Position numbers and translations under genes: made by a program. The notes under the pieces were generated by a model. The model saw only the letters and a list, made by a program, of their open reading frames with translations, was not told where the DNA came from and searched no databases. Shown here one piece after another: positions 47,397 through 60,000 of a DNA stretch of 64,000 nucleotides (positions within the stretch are counted from its first letter, which is position 1; each line of letters opens with the position of its first letter). Source of the DNA: a virus (lineage: Duplodnaviria > Caudoviricetes); IMG/VR virus record IMGVR_UViG_3300012665_000817, positions 1 to 64,000 of that record, one strand, 5' to 3'.

Positions 47397-47696
47397 ATGG
47401 CCGCAGAGCCCGTCATAAGCCCTATGCCAGTATGCGAAGCGTGCTGGCTAGAAAACCACACTAAGTGGGAGCCTGAGAGTGTGGACGAAAAAGGTAAAAT
47501 CCTTATGCGTCTTAAAGGGGTAGATGTCCCAGAAAAAGTAAATAGTGGCTCTGTTGAGGTTTGTGTTATGTGTGGGAACATAACAGTTGCAGGGATATTT
47601 GAATTAAAACTTACAGATGAAGTGTATTTTATTAAAGAGCTTTACCAAGAAACCTTTGAGATTCCTCTAGATACTACAGAAGAAGATCCAAACTAA
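47397..47696 (+). CDS. hypothetical Zn-binding protein
   Basis: CEAC...CVMC motifs; SD GGAG. Confidence 0.55.
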   Translation: MAAEPVISPMPVCEACWLENHTKWEPESVDEKGKILMRLKGVDVPEKVNSGSVEVCVMCGNITVAGIFELKLTDEVYFIKELYQETFEIPLDTTEEDPN

Positions 47697-47706
47697 GGAG
47701 TCATAA

Positions 47707-48042
47707 ATTAAAGACGAAAGACATGGTCAGCATCTCTGGTCTGAGTGGGGTGGGAGTGGCTACAGCGAACAGCTCACAGCCTCGACTGTTTACTACACTT
47801 TTGACCACGTTGATCTAGAAAATGACTTAGTGCGAAGAGCTCTTGCCTCGGCTTTACAGAGAGACGGTGTTGCAGTTTCCTTAGGTGATGGATTTAATAT
47901 GATAGATAAAGCAACTCCAGTACATGGATGGTCGGGGTTAATTGATGAAGAGCTCGAATTTACCGTATGTGATGACTCTGGAGAGACAGAGTATGGAGAT
48001 ATTGTAGGGGTAGCACTCGCAACGACATGGATAGAAATATAG
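47707..48042 (+). CDS. hypothetical protein (111 aa) with probable non-canonical ATT start
   Basis: The frame is open from ATT 47707, right after an in-frame TAA, and SD AAGGAG (47695-47700) lies 6 nt upstream. No in-frame ATG/GTG/TTG before 47830. Confidence 0.55.
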   Translation: MKDERHGQHLWSEWGGSGYSEQLTASTVYYTFDHVDLENDLVRRALASALQRDGVAVSLGDGFNMIDKATPVHGWSGLIDEELEFTVCDDSGETEYGDIVGVALATTWIEI

Positions 48043-48045
48043 TAG

Positions 48046-48095
48046 ATAGTCTATAGTAGAGCGGTTTTATAGTCTATAGTCTAAAATAGTCTATA
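48046..48095 (+). repeat. four ATAGTCTA direct repeats overlapping a candidate leaderless promoter of whiB
   Basis: ATAGTCTA at 48046, 48069, 48076 and 48086. TAAAAT at 48082-87 is 7 nt before the ATG, and there is no SD. Confidence 0.6.
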
Positions 48096-48574
48096 TGTGG
48101 AAACCAGCTGATAACCTAGAGTGGCAGAAAGATGCATCCTGCGCTGATCCTAAAAATAAAGAATCTGTTGACTGGTTCTTTTCTACGGATTCAGTAAAGA
48201 AATATGCAGCTAAAAATATGTGTTTCGAGTGCCCTGTTAGATCTCAGTGTCTGCAGTGGGCTTTAGAGCATAGACAAATCTGGGGCATCTGGGGAGGAAG
48301 AGATGAAGTTGACATCCGTAGAACTCTATCCGTATCCTACAACGGTGAAGAAACAAAAAGAAGAAGAGTACCTAATTGTCCATATTGCACTGCTCGTCCT
48401 TCTAAGCTTGATACTTCTATAGAAGAACTACCAAACGGTGGTAGATGGACAACAGCAAAAATTGTTACATGTACAGAATGTAACTTTTCATGGAGAAGCA
48501 GAACAAGTGCAAATGCTATTGAAGCTTATAAAGAAGAAAAACTACAAAAAACTAAGACAAATAAAAAGAAATAG
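48095..48574 (+). CDS. whiB: WhiB-family Fe-S transcription factor fused to a C-terminal zinc ribbon
   Basis: WQKDASC...AK.MC..CPVRSQC..WAL...GIWGG, then CPYC...CTEC. Confidence 0.92.
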   Translation: MWKPADNLEWQKDASCADPKNKESVDWFFSTDSVKKYAAKNMCFECPVRSQCLQWALEHRQIWGIWGGRDEVDIRRTLSVSYNGEETKRRRVPNCPYCTARPSKLDTSIEELPNGGRWTTAKIVTCTECNFSWRSRTSANAIEAYKEEKLQKTKTNKKK

Positions 48575-50072
48575 GGTTTTTTAAATCTATCTCAAAGGGC
48601 ATGTTTTGATTTAATAAATCTCTTTCTACATTTTCTTTAAAATACTCGTAGTGTCCTTTAGCATAATCATACATATCAAACTGTATAAGCTCTTCTTTTG
48701 CAAGATTAGGATCAATAAGGTTTAAACCAGCTAAAGTCCACTTCCAAAGATCATTAGCTCCCCATTGTTCGTCGGAAGCAAATAAAAATGTTGGAATTTT
48801 ACTTTTTGCTTTTTCAATATAATTTTTTACTGTAGGAGTTACTAGATTTTCATTCTTGATGTATCTCCAAAATTCGGAGTCTTCTCGACCACCCTGATAA
48901 TGGAGAACTGTAAAATCTAATAGATTCTCATACATTTTTATAATATTGTTATTATAATTTTTAATGTTTGCTTCAGTAACAGTGGTCTCAGGTTTACTTG
49001 TTAAATGTTCCAAACAAAACGAGTAAACCTGAGCAATTGTTGCATGAATAGATGTAGCCTCTAGTGGTTCAATAAATGAACTTGCTAGACCAGTAACTAG
49101 ACAGTTATTCTTCCAAACTTCTTCTAAACGACCAGATTCAAACTTAAGATGATTAATTGGTACTATAGGATGTCCCATAATTTTTTCAGCTTCGTCTTGA
49201 GCCTCGTCTTCAGACATAAAACTACTACTGTAGACATAGCCGCAACCTTTTCTACTCGAAAGAGGTGTACGCCACATCCAACCTGATGAAAGCGCTTCTG
49301 CTTCAGTCACTGGTTGTATTTTTTCACCTTCTTCATACTGAACAAGGAATGGCATAGCTCTATCGACAGGAAGATAGTCTTTATATGAGTGCCATTTAAT
49401 CTCTAACTTTTTAGCTAATATTCTTTGCATACCAGTACAGTCTACAAAAAAATCTCCCTCTAAAATAGAATCATCTTCAAGTAAGACCCCACTGATATTT
49501 CCATTAGATTTTATTTCTACATCTTTAATAATTGAATCTACAAATTTAACATTGTAGTATTCAACTAAGTAATCTTTAATATACTTCCCTACTTTAAAAG
49601 CATCAAAGTGAAGTCCGTAGTCTCTATTATTTAGGAATTTATTACTGTTATAAGCTTGACCTGCTGGTGTGCAAAGATAAGCTTTATCTATTCCGTACTC
49701 AGAAATAACATAATTAAAAAGATGATCTGGCGAGTTTTTTGTTGTTACAGATCCTACAACTGGAGCAAAATATGATCCTTTATCTTTTGCCCAGTTTATG
49801 TGTTTTAAGGCGTACTTTGGTATAGCATCTGTTTTATTTATAAAATCTGCAATGTCCATCTCTTTATTGTTAGGTAGTAATTTTCTATTATTATAAAAAA
49901 AGTTTCCACTTAATATATCAATAATCAAACCACTAGAAGCTTCTCCAGCTCCAATAATCCCGATTTTAGAGGACTCGACAACCGTTATATTGTGTTGATA
50001 AGGGTTACTTTGTGAGATTATGAAAGCAGACAGCCACCCGGCTGTCCCGCCCCCACATATAACTATGTTCAA
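48552..50072 (-). CDS. tryptophan-halogenase-family flavin-dependent enzyme
   Basis: GGGTAGW FAD motif, GAGEAS, PKYAL.H.NW, DCTG, GWMWRTP, FIEPLEATS. Confidence 0.85.
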   Translation of the reverse strand: MNIVICGGGTAGWLSAFIISQSNPYQHNITVVESSKIGIIGAGEASSGLIIDILSGNFFYNNRKLLPNNKEMDIADFINKTDAIPKYALKHINWAKDKGSYFAPVVGSVTTKNSPDHLFNYVISEYGIDKAYLCTPAGQAYNSNKFLNNRDYGLHFDAFKVGKYIKDYLVEYYNVKFVDSIIKDVEIKSNGNISGVLLEDDSILEGDFFVDCTGMQRILAKKLEIKWHSYKDYLPVDRAMPFLVQYEEGEKIQPVTEAEALSSGWMWRTPLSSRKGCGYVYSSSFMSEDEAQDEAEKIMGHPIVPINHLKFESGRLEEVWKNNCLVTGLASSFIEPLEATSIHATIAQVYSFCLEHLTSKPETTVTEANIKNYNNNIIKMYENLLDFTVLHYQGGREDSEFWRYIKNENLVTPTVKNYIEKAKSKIPTFLFASDEQWGANDLWKWTLAGLNLIDPNLAKEELIQFDMYDYAKGHYEYFKENVERDLLNQNMPFEIDLKNPISFYLS

Positions 50073-51154
50073 TCTTTTTCTTTTTCTTCTTCTTCTAAAC
50101 TAGACTTCATTAAGCAATAATCTAGATTATTTTTTAATCTTTCATTACTTGGTTCTAAATCGTAAGCTTGCTGAGCATATTCCGCTGCTTCTTTATAGAG
50201 TCCTAGATTGTAGGAAGCTATAGCTGCATAGTCATAGGGTGCAGCTCCCCAAGCGTCTGCTTCACAAAGATACTCGAGAGGTTTTTCAGTAATAGCTAAC
50301 GCTTCTTTAGCGGTCTCTAAAGAGTTAGTCCAATCATTTCTTTCATAATAAAGCTTTGCAAGATCTACCCAAGGCTCTCTGCGACCAGGTGCTTGTATGA
50401 TTGCTTTTCTAAACCAAATCTCTGCTTCTTCTGGAAGTGATTTACCAATAAAACGCATGGATGCGGCACGCTCTGGTGCCCAATGAGCTGTTGGTAGATC
50501 TAAATGGCGCTTAAGCTCTCTAGCTGCTTCTTCATTCTGTCCATAAAAGTACAACTCTCGACCATAATAAAACGCATTGCGATCATTGTATGGATCTTCT
50601 TTAACTGAAAGTGCAAGAAGCGGTAAATATTGAGCACGAGACTTGCTTGGATCAGGGTGGTGATGAGTTTCAAGACCATCTGTCCATTCTTGTTTCTCCT
50701 CAATCCCGTAGCTATACAGACACTCGTGAACTGGGTGACGCCATCTATAGCCCTTGCGAGCATGGATGTGGTCGTAGCTAAATTCGAGACCAGGAGTTCC
50801 ATCATCATTAAATGACCAAATATGCTTATATCGTGGTCGTGTTACTCCTCGACTCCATAGCTCTTCAAGAACTGGTTTCCAGTTAGGAGTAATAACTTCA
50901 TCCATATCCAAAGAGATACACATGTCAATGTCTTCAGGCAAAAGTGCTAGTGCAGCATTCCGTGCATCATCAAATCTCCAAGGCATGTTTTTAATACTAT
51001 GAACTACGATCCCAAGCTCTCTAGCACGTTCTACAGTGCCGTCTGTTGATCCAGTATCTGCAATCATTAAGTAGTCAGCATCTTTAGATGCCTCGAACCA
51101 CTTATCGACAAACTGACGTTCATTAAGAGCAATTGTGTAAATAGCTACTTTCAT
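50069..51154 (-). CDS. GT2 (GT-A) glycosyltransferase with C-terminal TPR repeats
   Basis: IALNE..F...W, ADTGSTDGT, FDDARNAAL, LDMDE (DxD), W.HPVHE, followed by TPR helices (R.AFYYGRE, RREPW..LA). Confidence 0.9.
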   Translation of the reverse strand: MKVAIYTIALNERQFVDKWFEASKDADYLMIADTGSTDGTVERARELGIVVHSIKNMPWRFDDARNAALALLPEDIDMCISLDMDEVITPNWKPVLEELWSRGVTRPRYKHIWSFNDDGTPGLEFSYDHIHARKGYRWRHPVHECLYSYGIEEKQEWTDGLETHHHPDPSKSRAQYLPLLALSVKEDPYNDRNAFYYGRELYFYGQNEEAARELKRHLDLPTAHWAPERAASMRFIGKSLPEEAEIWFRKAIIQAPGRREPWVDLAKLYYERNDWTNSLETAKEALAITEKPLEYLCEADAWGAAPYDYAAIASYNLGLYKEAAEYAQQAYDLEPSNERLKNNLDYCLMKSSLEEEEKEKD

Positions 51155-51156
51155 TT

Positions 51157-51741
51157 TTACCCTATCTTCCTAAACCAGCGCTGATAACCTTTAAGTATTT
51201 CCACTACTCTATCACCATATATGTTGCTAAACGCATCGATTGCCATTTTTGGCTCTTTTCTAACCCCTAAACCAGCAGACCATTCATAGTCGTCAAAGCC
51301 AATAATGCCTCCAACTTCTAAGCATTCATATGCGGCAACTGCATCTTTAAGGACACCATAAGCGGTATGGTCACCATCGACATATATAAAATTAAACTTT
51401 TCAGTATTAGATCTAAAGAACTCGTCGCTAGTGCCTTTGAACTTAATAATCTTTCCGTCTTCCAATCCTTCTGCGACTTTTTCATCATATAAGGACTCCA
51501 CGGTCTGCCAATTCATTTTATGGTGAACAGGCTCGTCGGAACCCTCCCATGTATCAATATCTACTAAAACAGAGTTTGAATTCTTAAGTAGGTTCTCATA
51601 GATCCAAAGAGATGCATCCCCCGTGTATGCCCCAACTTGTAGATACTTAGCTGGCTTACCCGGAACGTAGTTTTTTAAAAGAAATGTAGCAAAATTTGTC
51701 TGTCCATCATTCTTAAACCAATTTACATAATCTTCAGTCAT
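51157..51741 (-). CDS. class I SAM-dependent methyltransferase (Methyltransf_24-like)
   Basis: YLQVGAYTGDAS, DIDTW.GS, FIYVDGDH, GGII.FDDY. Confidence 0.85.
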   Translation of the reverse strand: MTEDYVNWFKNDGQTNFATFLLKNYVPGKPAKYLQVGAYTGDASLWIYENLLKNSNSVLVDIDTWEGSDEPVHHKMNWQTVESLYDEKVAEGLEDGKIIKFKGTSDEFFRSNTEKFNFIYVDGDHTAYGVLKDAVAAYECLEVGGIIGFDDYEWSAGLGVRKEPKMAIDAFSNIYGDRVVEILKGYQRWFRKIG

Positions 51742-51767
51742 TTTATCTCTTTTCGTTATATGAGGAT

Positions 51768-53326
51768 CTATCCTGAAATGATATATCTTTTTTGCCCTTT
51801 CATAGGCATATTGACTATTTTTACATCCCCTCCTTGAACACTTAAAGTACTCGTATAGTCATTAGCCAGACCAGTAGTGTATAGGATTGATTGAGAATTA
51901 GCTAGTATCCATCTCTTTATCTGACTTGGGGTCCAGTCTGGATACACTTGCTTAAGTAGGGCGCATATGCCAGCTACCTGAGGAGATGCCATAGATGTAC
52001 CACCAATTACTGCTTGTTTATATGAAGCATTTAGGTAGTATGCACTAGTAGACGCTCCATGTTCGTTTGTAGTGCTCATAGCACTCATAATTCTTTCTCC
52101 AGCTGCATAAATATCTACTGCTGGACCGCAAACGCTAAAACTACTTCTGGCTTCCGTTGTTGAGACAAAAGCGGTTCCTATGGAACCGACATCAAAACCA
52201 TCACCGCTACCGCAGTTAGGAGATGACCCTCTGTGGTAGTAAATATTCCCTAGGCTTGTTACTGTTATAAAGTTATTATAATCTACTCCGCCAGAAACAT
52301 CAGCTTTCATACCAGTATTTCCAGCAGCGTTACATACAATAACTCCTGCTGCAATTAATAAACTTACATCTGCATCTATAGAAGGAATATTGTATTCAAA
52401 AGCATATAAGTTTGCTCCCTGCTGATCTCCAGTATGTCCTTTAGCAGTGTCTTTAGTGGTTCCAGACCAAGGAGTTCCTCTATAAGAACCACCAGTTATT
52501 GAAAAATAATTTACTTGATTTTGACTCATTTGATTTAAAGATGTATCCCAGTAAATGTTGTATCCCCAGCTATTATTAATAACAGTAGGTCTTCCATTTG
52601 TTTTTGCGTTGTGCCAGCCCAGAATGCAGTCAAAAGCATCAAATGTGCTTATTCCGCCATTAGGGTCTGTTGTACCTTGAAGTCCGCTAAGTTTAATAGA
52701 ATATATATTTGCATTTTTAGCCCAGCCAAATGTCTTACCAGCCACTGTTGCGGCAACGTGGGTTCCATGTCCATCGTAATCTGTGTAATGTGCTGTTGGC
52801 ATGGTTCCAGGAACACCACTGGCTGTATACCAATTTATTTGTTGAACCCTACTTGCCCCAGAAGCATCTTGAAACTCTGGATGATCTGCCTGAATACCGC
52901 TGTCAATAATAACTACATCTACACCAGTGCCGTCTAATACATAGTCATATGTTCCGCCTGGATCTGCAGTGCTTGTTCCAAAAACATTAGTAGCAGACGT
53001 GTGACGAAGCAAGCCCCAGTTTTGCTTTTCCCCAGATGAGGTGGTTGTTTTGTTAAAAGCTCCATCTTGAAAAGCAAATTTACTAGGTACAAGATCTTCT
53101 AGATTTGCTACCTCTTGGACCCGTGGATCTTCTTTTAGTTTTTGTGCTTCTTCTTCAGTAAGTAGGTAGACGGTATTTCTAGGGTTTACTGCTCTTTCAT
53201 TCGCTACTTCTACAACTCTACTTGGAATAGTGTCTACAGTTGAAGAGCTACTTAGTAGATCATCCCACAGGGAGTCTGTTTGCTCTATACCCTCTGTAGT
53301 TACCGTGTAAGGATATAGTTCACTCA

Positions 53327-53327
<1 letters not shown>
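51768..53327 (-). CDS. subtilisin-like (S8) serine protease with N-terminal propeptide-like region
   Basis: Catalytic triad VVIIDSGI, DGHGTHVA and GGTSMASPQVAG; oxyanion AAGN. Confidence 0.95.
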
Positions 53328-55116
<1,789 letters not shown>

Positions 55117-55117
<1 letters not shown>

Positions 55118-55359
55118 TATTGACCACCCTCTACTAAAGAAACTTTTCCTTCATAGCAGCAGTGATCTGCTCCTTCAAGAGTTTCTACAGCTGTATTGTA
55201 CACACCTTCAAGAAAATCTTCACGACCAGTTGCCCACACTACGTCCGAGACTAGTACCGTCTTATTTTCAGAGATATTTTTAATAGTTAAGTTAAGTAAA
55301 GGAGCGTTTTCGCTTTCCTCTACTTTCCACTGAAAGTTTCCTACGGTTTCCATCATCAT
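55117..55359 (-). CDS. small hypothetical protein (80 aa)
   Basis: Coupled to both neighbours (ATGA and TAATG overlaps). Confidence 0.55.
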
Positions 55360-57089
55360 GGCATCGACGCAATGCTCTTGACGGTGATAGTTCCAACCAT
55401 ATTACTGTGGATTGAGCAGAGATACCCGTAAGTTCCACTTATACTTGCTGGTACTTGCCAATACAAAGTTCCACTAGTTTTACCTTGAGCACTAGAACCA
55501 GTAGACACAACTCCCGCTGTTGTAACGTGAATTAGCCCTGTGTCGTAGTTTGCTCCTGCAAATCTAATCAGGAAAGGATGACCAGCTACGTTTAATCTAA
55601 ACCCTATAGTTGTCCCCGAGATTGCATATATTGTTGGGTTATTTCCGCTGTACTGGTTATTAAAAAGATAAGATGAGGAGCCGTTAGCAGTGACATCTAA
55701 CATAGTTATTGCAGGATAAGCAAACTCATCGACAGTAAGTCCAGCAGATGTTGCATCACTAGCTGCACTAAATGTTGTTATTCCCGCTGTTCCAGTCGCA
55801 CCTGTCGCACCAGTCGGACCAGTTGCACCTACTGCACCCGTTGGTCCCGTTACCGTGCTTGCTGCACCTGTTGGTCCTGTAGATCCAGTCGGACCTGTAA
55901 CAGTGCTAGCAGCACCCGTTGCACCTGTTGGTCCTGTTGGTCCAGTAGCACCAGTAGCACCTGTCGCACCTGTCGCTGAAGCAGAACCTGCTGGTCCCGT
56001 TGAGCCAGTCGGACCTTGCGGTCCTGTAGATCCAGTCGGACCTGTAACAGTGCTTGCAGCACCCTGTGCACCCGTTGGACCTGTCGGTCCTGCTACTCCT
56101 GTGGCACCAGTGGGACCAGTTACGGTAGATGCCGCACCAGTTGCACCAGTTGCACCAGTTGGACCTGTAGGACCTGGAACTGTGCTTGCTGCACCCGTTG
56201 GTCCTGTCGGTCCACCTGATGGGCCTGTAGGTCCCGTTGGACCAGTTACATTTGACGCAGCTCCTGTTGCACCAGTCGCACCTGTTGGTCCTGTTGGACC
56301 AGTTACATTTGACGCAGCTCCTGTTGGTCCTGTAACACTAGGACCAGTCGCACCTGTTGGGCCAACTGCACCAGTTGCACCAGTTGGGCCAGTAGGTCCA
56401 CCTGATGGTCCTGTAGGGCCAGGAACAGTTGAGGCTGCACCTGTTGGGCCAGTTGCTCCTACTGCTCCAGTTGCACCTGTTGGACCCGCAGGGCCAGTTG
56501 GTCCATTTGCTGGGCCTTGCGGACCTGTTGGTCCTGTTGGACCAGTTGCGCCACTACCAGCATTAGAAACTCCAGAGCCAACAACTGTCCACTCGGATGG
56601 GGTTTTTACTTCTAAATTATTTGTTTCTGTATTGAATCTTAAATAACCTACATCTGCAGTTGCAAGCCGCTGAGCAGTAGTTCCTTTGTCAACATATAAA
56701 GTATTGTAGTTTCCTAAAATTGTTTTATTAGTTAGTATCTGCGCTAGATTTTCTGGTTGGCCAGCGTCATCTTGAGCTATACCACTTGCGCTAAAAGAAA
56801 CAGTTGATACTGAGGCTCTAACATAAAGAGAGTCACCTTCATTTACTGGAAACCTAAAAGTTTCAAAAGACTGCCCTAGGCTTAGAGTTATATTGTATCC
56901 AATATAGGCGTATTGAGATGGAATTGAAGCATTAGCTGGTACTACCCAGATGCTAACTTTTGTTAGAGGAGTAGCTACTACAGCCTTACTTGCAGCAATA
57001 ACAGACACCAGATATGAGGATTGAAACGTCTCTAAAACAGTATCTGTGTTAGCGGCAGGAGAGGCAACACCTAATCGTATAATTGGCAT
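55356..57089 (-). CDS. collagen-like fibre protein with C-terminal cupredoxin-like domain
   Basis: N-domain paralogous to 53327..55117, [14 protein letters not shown] (major tropism determinant N-like) motif, (GPT/GAT)n, and C-terminal GHPF...[11 protein letters not shown]. Confidence 0.85.
   Translation of the reverse strand: MPIIRLGVASPAANTDTVLETFQSSYLVSVIAASKAVVATPLTKVSIWVVPANASIPSQYAYIGYNITLSLGQSFETFRFPVNEGDSLYVRASVSTVSFSASGIAQDDAGQPENLAQILTNKTILGNYNTLYVDKGTTAQRLATADVGYLRFNTETNNLEVKTPSEWTVVGSGVSNAGSGATGPTGPTGPQGPANGPTGPAGPTGATGAVGATGPTGAASTVPGPTGPSGGPTGPTGATGAVGPTGATGPSVTGPTGAASNVTGPTGPTGATGATGAASNVTGPTGPTGPSGGPTGPTGAASTVPGPTGPTGATGATGAASTVTGPTGATGVAGPTGPTGAQGAASTVTGPTGSTGPQGPTGSTGPAGSASATGATGATGATGPTGPTGATGAASTVTGPTGSTGPTGAASTVTGPTGAVGATGPTGATGATGTAGITTFSAASDATSAGLTVDEFAYPAITMLDVTANGSSSYLFNNQYSGNNPTIYAISGTTIGFRLNVAGHPFLIRFAGANYDTGLIHVTTAGVVSTGSSAQGKTSGTLYWQVPASISGTYGYLCSIHSNMVGTITVKSIASMP
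55790..56552 (-). repeat. Gly-X-Thr collagen repeats (approximate bounds)
   Basis: GPT/GAT triplets with recurring [11 protein letters not shown] interruptions. Confidence 0.9.
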
Positions 57090-57098
57090 CTTGCCCTC

Positions 57099-60000
57099 CT
57101 ATGCCTGTGCTTCAGACCATGATAGCTTAGCTGATGAAAGTGTTGGGTTACCTGTCAAACGAGATACCGCAATAGTAAGGATATCAGGTCCGTCAGGGAA
57201 AATCGAGTCTCCACCAAGAATTGAGTTTGAAAGCTCGAACAGAGAGCTAACATCTACAGTTGTTGTTCCATCACTGGCTCCACCACCTGGAGCAGCTAGG
57301 AAGTTATAAACCTGAACTCCACCAGAAACGGTGTCCTGAGCAGTGTGCTCGATGATTTGAGTAAGTGATGGAGAATCTACTCCAATAAAGGACAAGTTAT
57401 TAAGACGTGTATTTAGAAGAATCTTAACTTCAATAAGCTGATTAGTAGATACGCTAATCTCCTTAAGACGAAGCTGCATTCGATTAATAACGTCTCGATC
57501 TCCAAGCTTTCCTGTCAAACCAGATGATACCGATGGGCTCAAGCGGATTGATAGAAGAGGCTGGTAGTTAGGGCCAGAGGTGTTATTTGCAGATCCATCT
57601 GGATACAAGAAGTATGTGTACTGAGTATTACCTTGACTTGTAAAGTTGATAACTTGAGATATAGCAGCACCTGGCTGAGCAATACTAGCCACTGTCTGCG
57701 AGCCAGTAACTGTGTATGTAAACACTGTATCGCTCACTCGGGTAACTGTGAAAGGTCCATTTACCAAGTTTGTGGCTGTTAAACCATAGATTCCTACATA
57801 CATTCCTGTAGTTAGATTATGGTTAGTTGCTGTTGTCACGGTGATTGTTGAACCTGAACGCTCAACTGTAGCTCCAACAGTAATAGTTGCATTAAGAGGA
57901 GTTAAGTGGATCAAGTTAGCTGAGTTAACAAAAGCTCTGTATTTAGCGTTGTTAGTTAGATTTGATAATGTATTAGAGCCCACCACCTGAGTAGCTGGGT
58001 TTAACGAGTTAACACCAAGCAAACCATTTGCTCCCAGTGATTGGAACTGTAGGACTTCTCCTGTAGTAAATCCGTGGCTTTGAACAGTCATTAAATCTGT
58101 TGTCAAGCTAATTCCAGCAGATGAGAAGGACTTTGCAGTAGTTCCAGCAATGTTAAGAGTCTGGCTTGATCCTGTAAAGAGGTAAGCATTATCATCATCA
58201 AAACGGCCATCCATCATTACCGAAGTACCCCAGTGGAACAGAGATGGAATGTATGTAGGGTTATCGTATGTAACTACTTCATAACGAGCTGGCATGTTAC
58301 CAGAGCGTAAGTATGACTCAAACAAGTTGTTGTTGTGGACAAACTCGTGTACATACTGAACCTGACCATCGGTTGTCTTGAAGCCGAAGCGAATCTTACC
58401 CGCACCGTACCAAGAGTAGTCAATGTAGGCCATCTGAATACGACTTAAGTCAAGGTTATATCCTGTTGCACCAGTTCCATCGCAAGGATCGATTGACCAA
58501 TCCTCTTGAGGTATGCGAGTGTTTACAGTTTTTGTACCGATAATGCCTGACTTAGCAGGGACAAACGAGTGGATTGTTGTAGTTCCAACGCTCGAGAGGT
58601 TTACAATATCAGCAGAATCTGGAGATGCTTTAAGCTTGAAATTATTGTTATCGATAAGAGATACATAATATGTACGGCCGTTGATAAGACCACCAATTGG
58701 CTCTCCATCAATAGAGTTATATGAAACTGGTAGTAGATCACTAAAACCATGACCAATAATGTTAAACACATCGGTTGTTGTGTTGACAGCTGTTGAAGGA
58801 TTAAACTCTTTTTCTGCTCCAGAAGAACCCTTGTACTCTGGTCGCACAGATAGACGAGTCTGACTTGTAATTTCTACAACTCTATATGACTGTCCACGCA
58901 TAACAAGGTAGTCACCGACTGCCAACTGAGCTTGGAAGCTAGTGTTTGTTCCAAATATAACTTCGTTTCCTTGAAGTGCAGCTAAAGTTCCAGCTATTTG
59001 CTGAGTAGATGAACGACGTACAGCATAGATCTTTTGTCCATCGTACTCAAAGAACATACCGTTCTGGTCATCAAACATTCCAGTGCGTACAGCTCCATTT
59101 GTCCAATTCTTTACATAGAACTGAGGGAATCCATATGCTCTATCTTGTGCAATTGCACCATTTGCAGAGATTCTAAATGTTGTAAGATCTACCACAGTTA
59201 CTGAGAATTCTCCGTTGTAGACAGTACTTACATCTCCAAAAGAGTCAGTTGCTTCAGATACCTTAATAATCAAACCAGACAATAGACCGTGTGGTCGACG
59301 TGTCTTACACTCGATAGTAGTATTACTAAACTTTATCATGCTCTCAAGGTCAATTGATGGCTTGAAGTTGATACCGCAAGAGGTCTGAATACCTTTACCT
59401 GACTGGTAACGGAAATACTTACGAGTCTGACGAATAATCTGTGCGTTCGATGTACCAGCTCCAGCAGACATTTCCACTCCACCATCGAATGGACGGTGTA
59501 GAGAGTAGCCTTCTGGACGAACATATACGAATGTAGGATATGAGTATGAGACAGAGCTGTATGCAGAAGCATATGGACGATCAACAGAAATCTGTGTATC
59601 AGATCCAATAGCTGTAATACGACGAATAATTGGTCCCACTGGGATAGTCTCTGTCAAACTAAAGTAAGGAATAGACCCTACAGTACCTTGAGTTGAGATT
59701 GCTACAGCATTTGCATTAGATATTGCATCTGCAGCAGATGAGTGAAGAGTAATTGTATTTGCATCAATTGCACGAACAAAGTAGTAATATTGATCAACAA
59801 GTGGAGCTGGTGACACGCCGCCATTTGCAGAGTAAACAACTGTATCTCCTGTTGAAAACCCGTGAGAGGTCTTTGTAATTCTGTTATTTGCAGTATTAAT
59901 ATCTGCAGAGACAAAGTTAATATTTACTACAGTGTTAGGTGGGAATAGGCGGAAACGGTCTCCTACTTTAAGAATCTTAGAGAAAGAAGTACCAAGTCCA

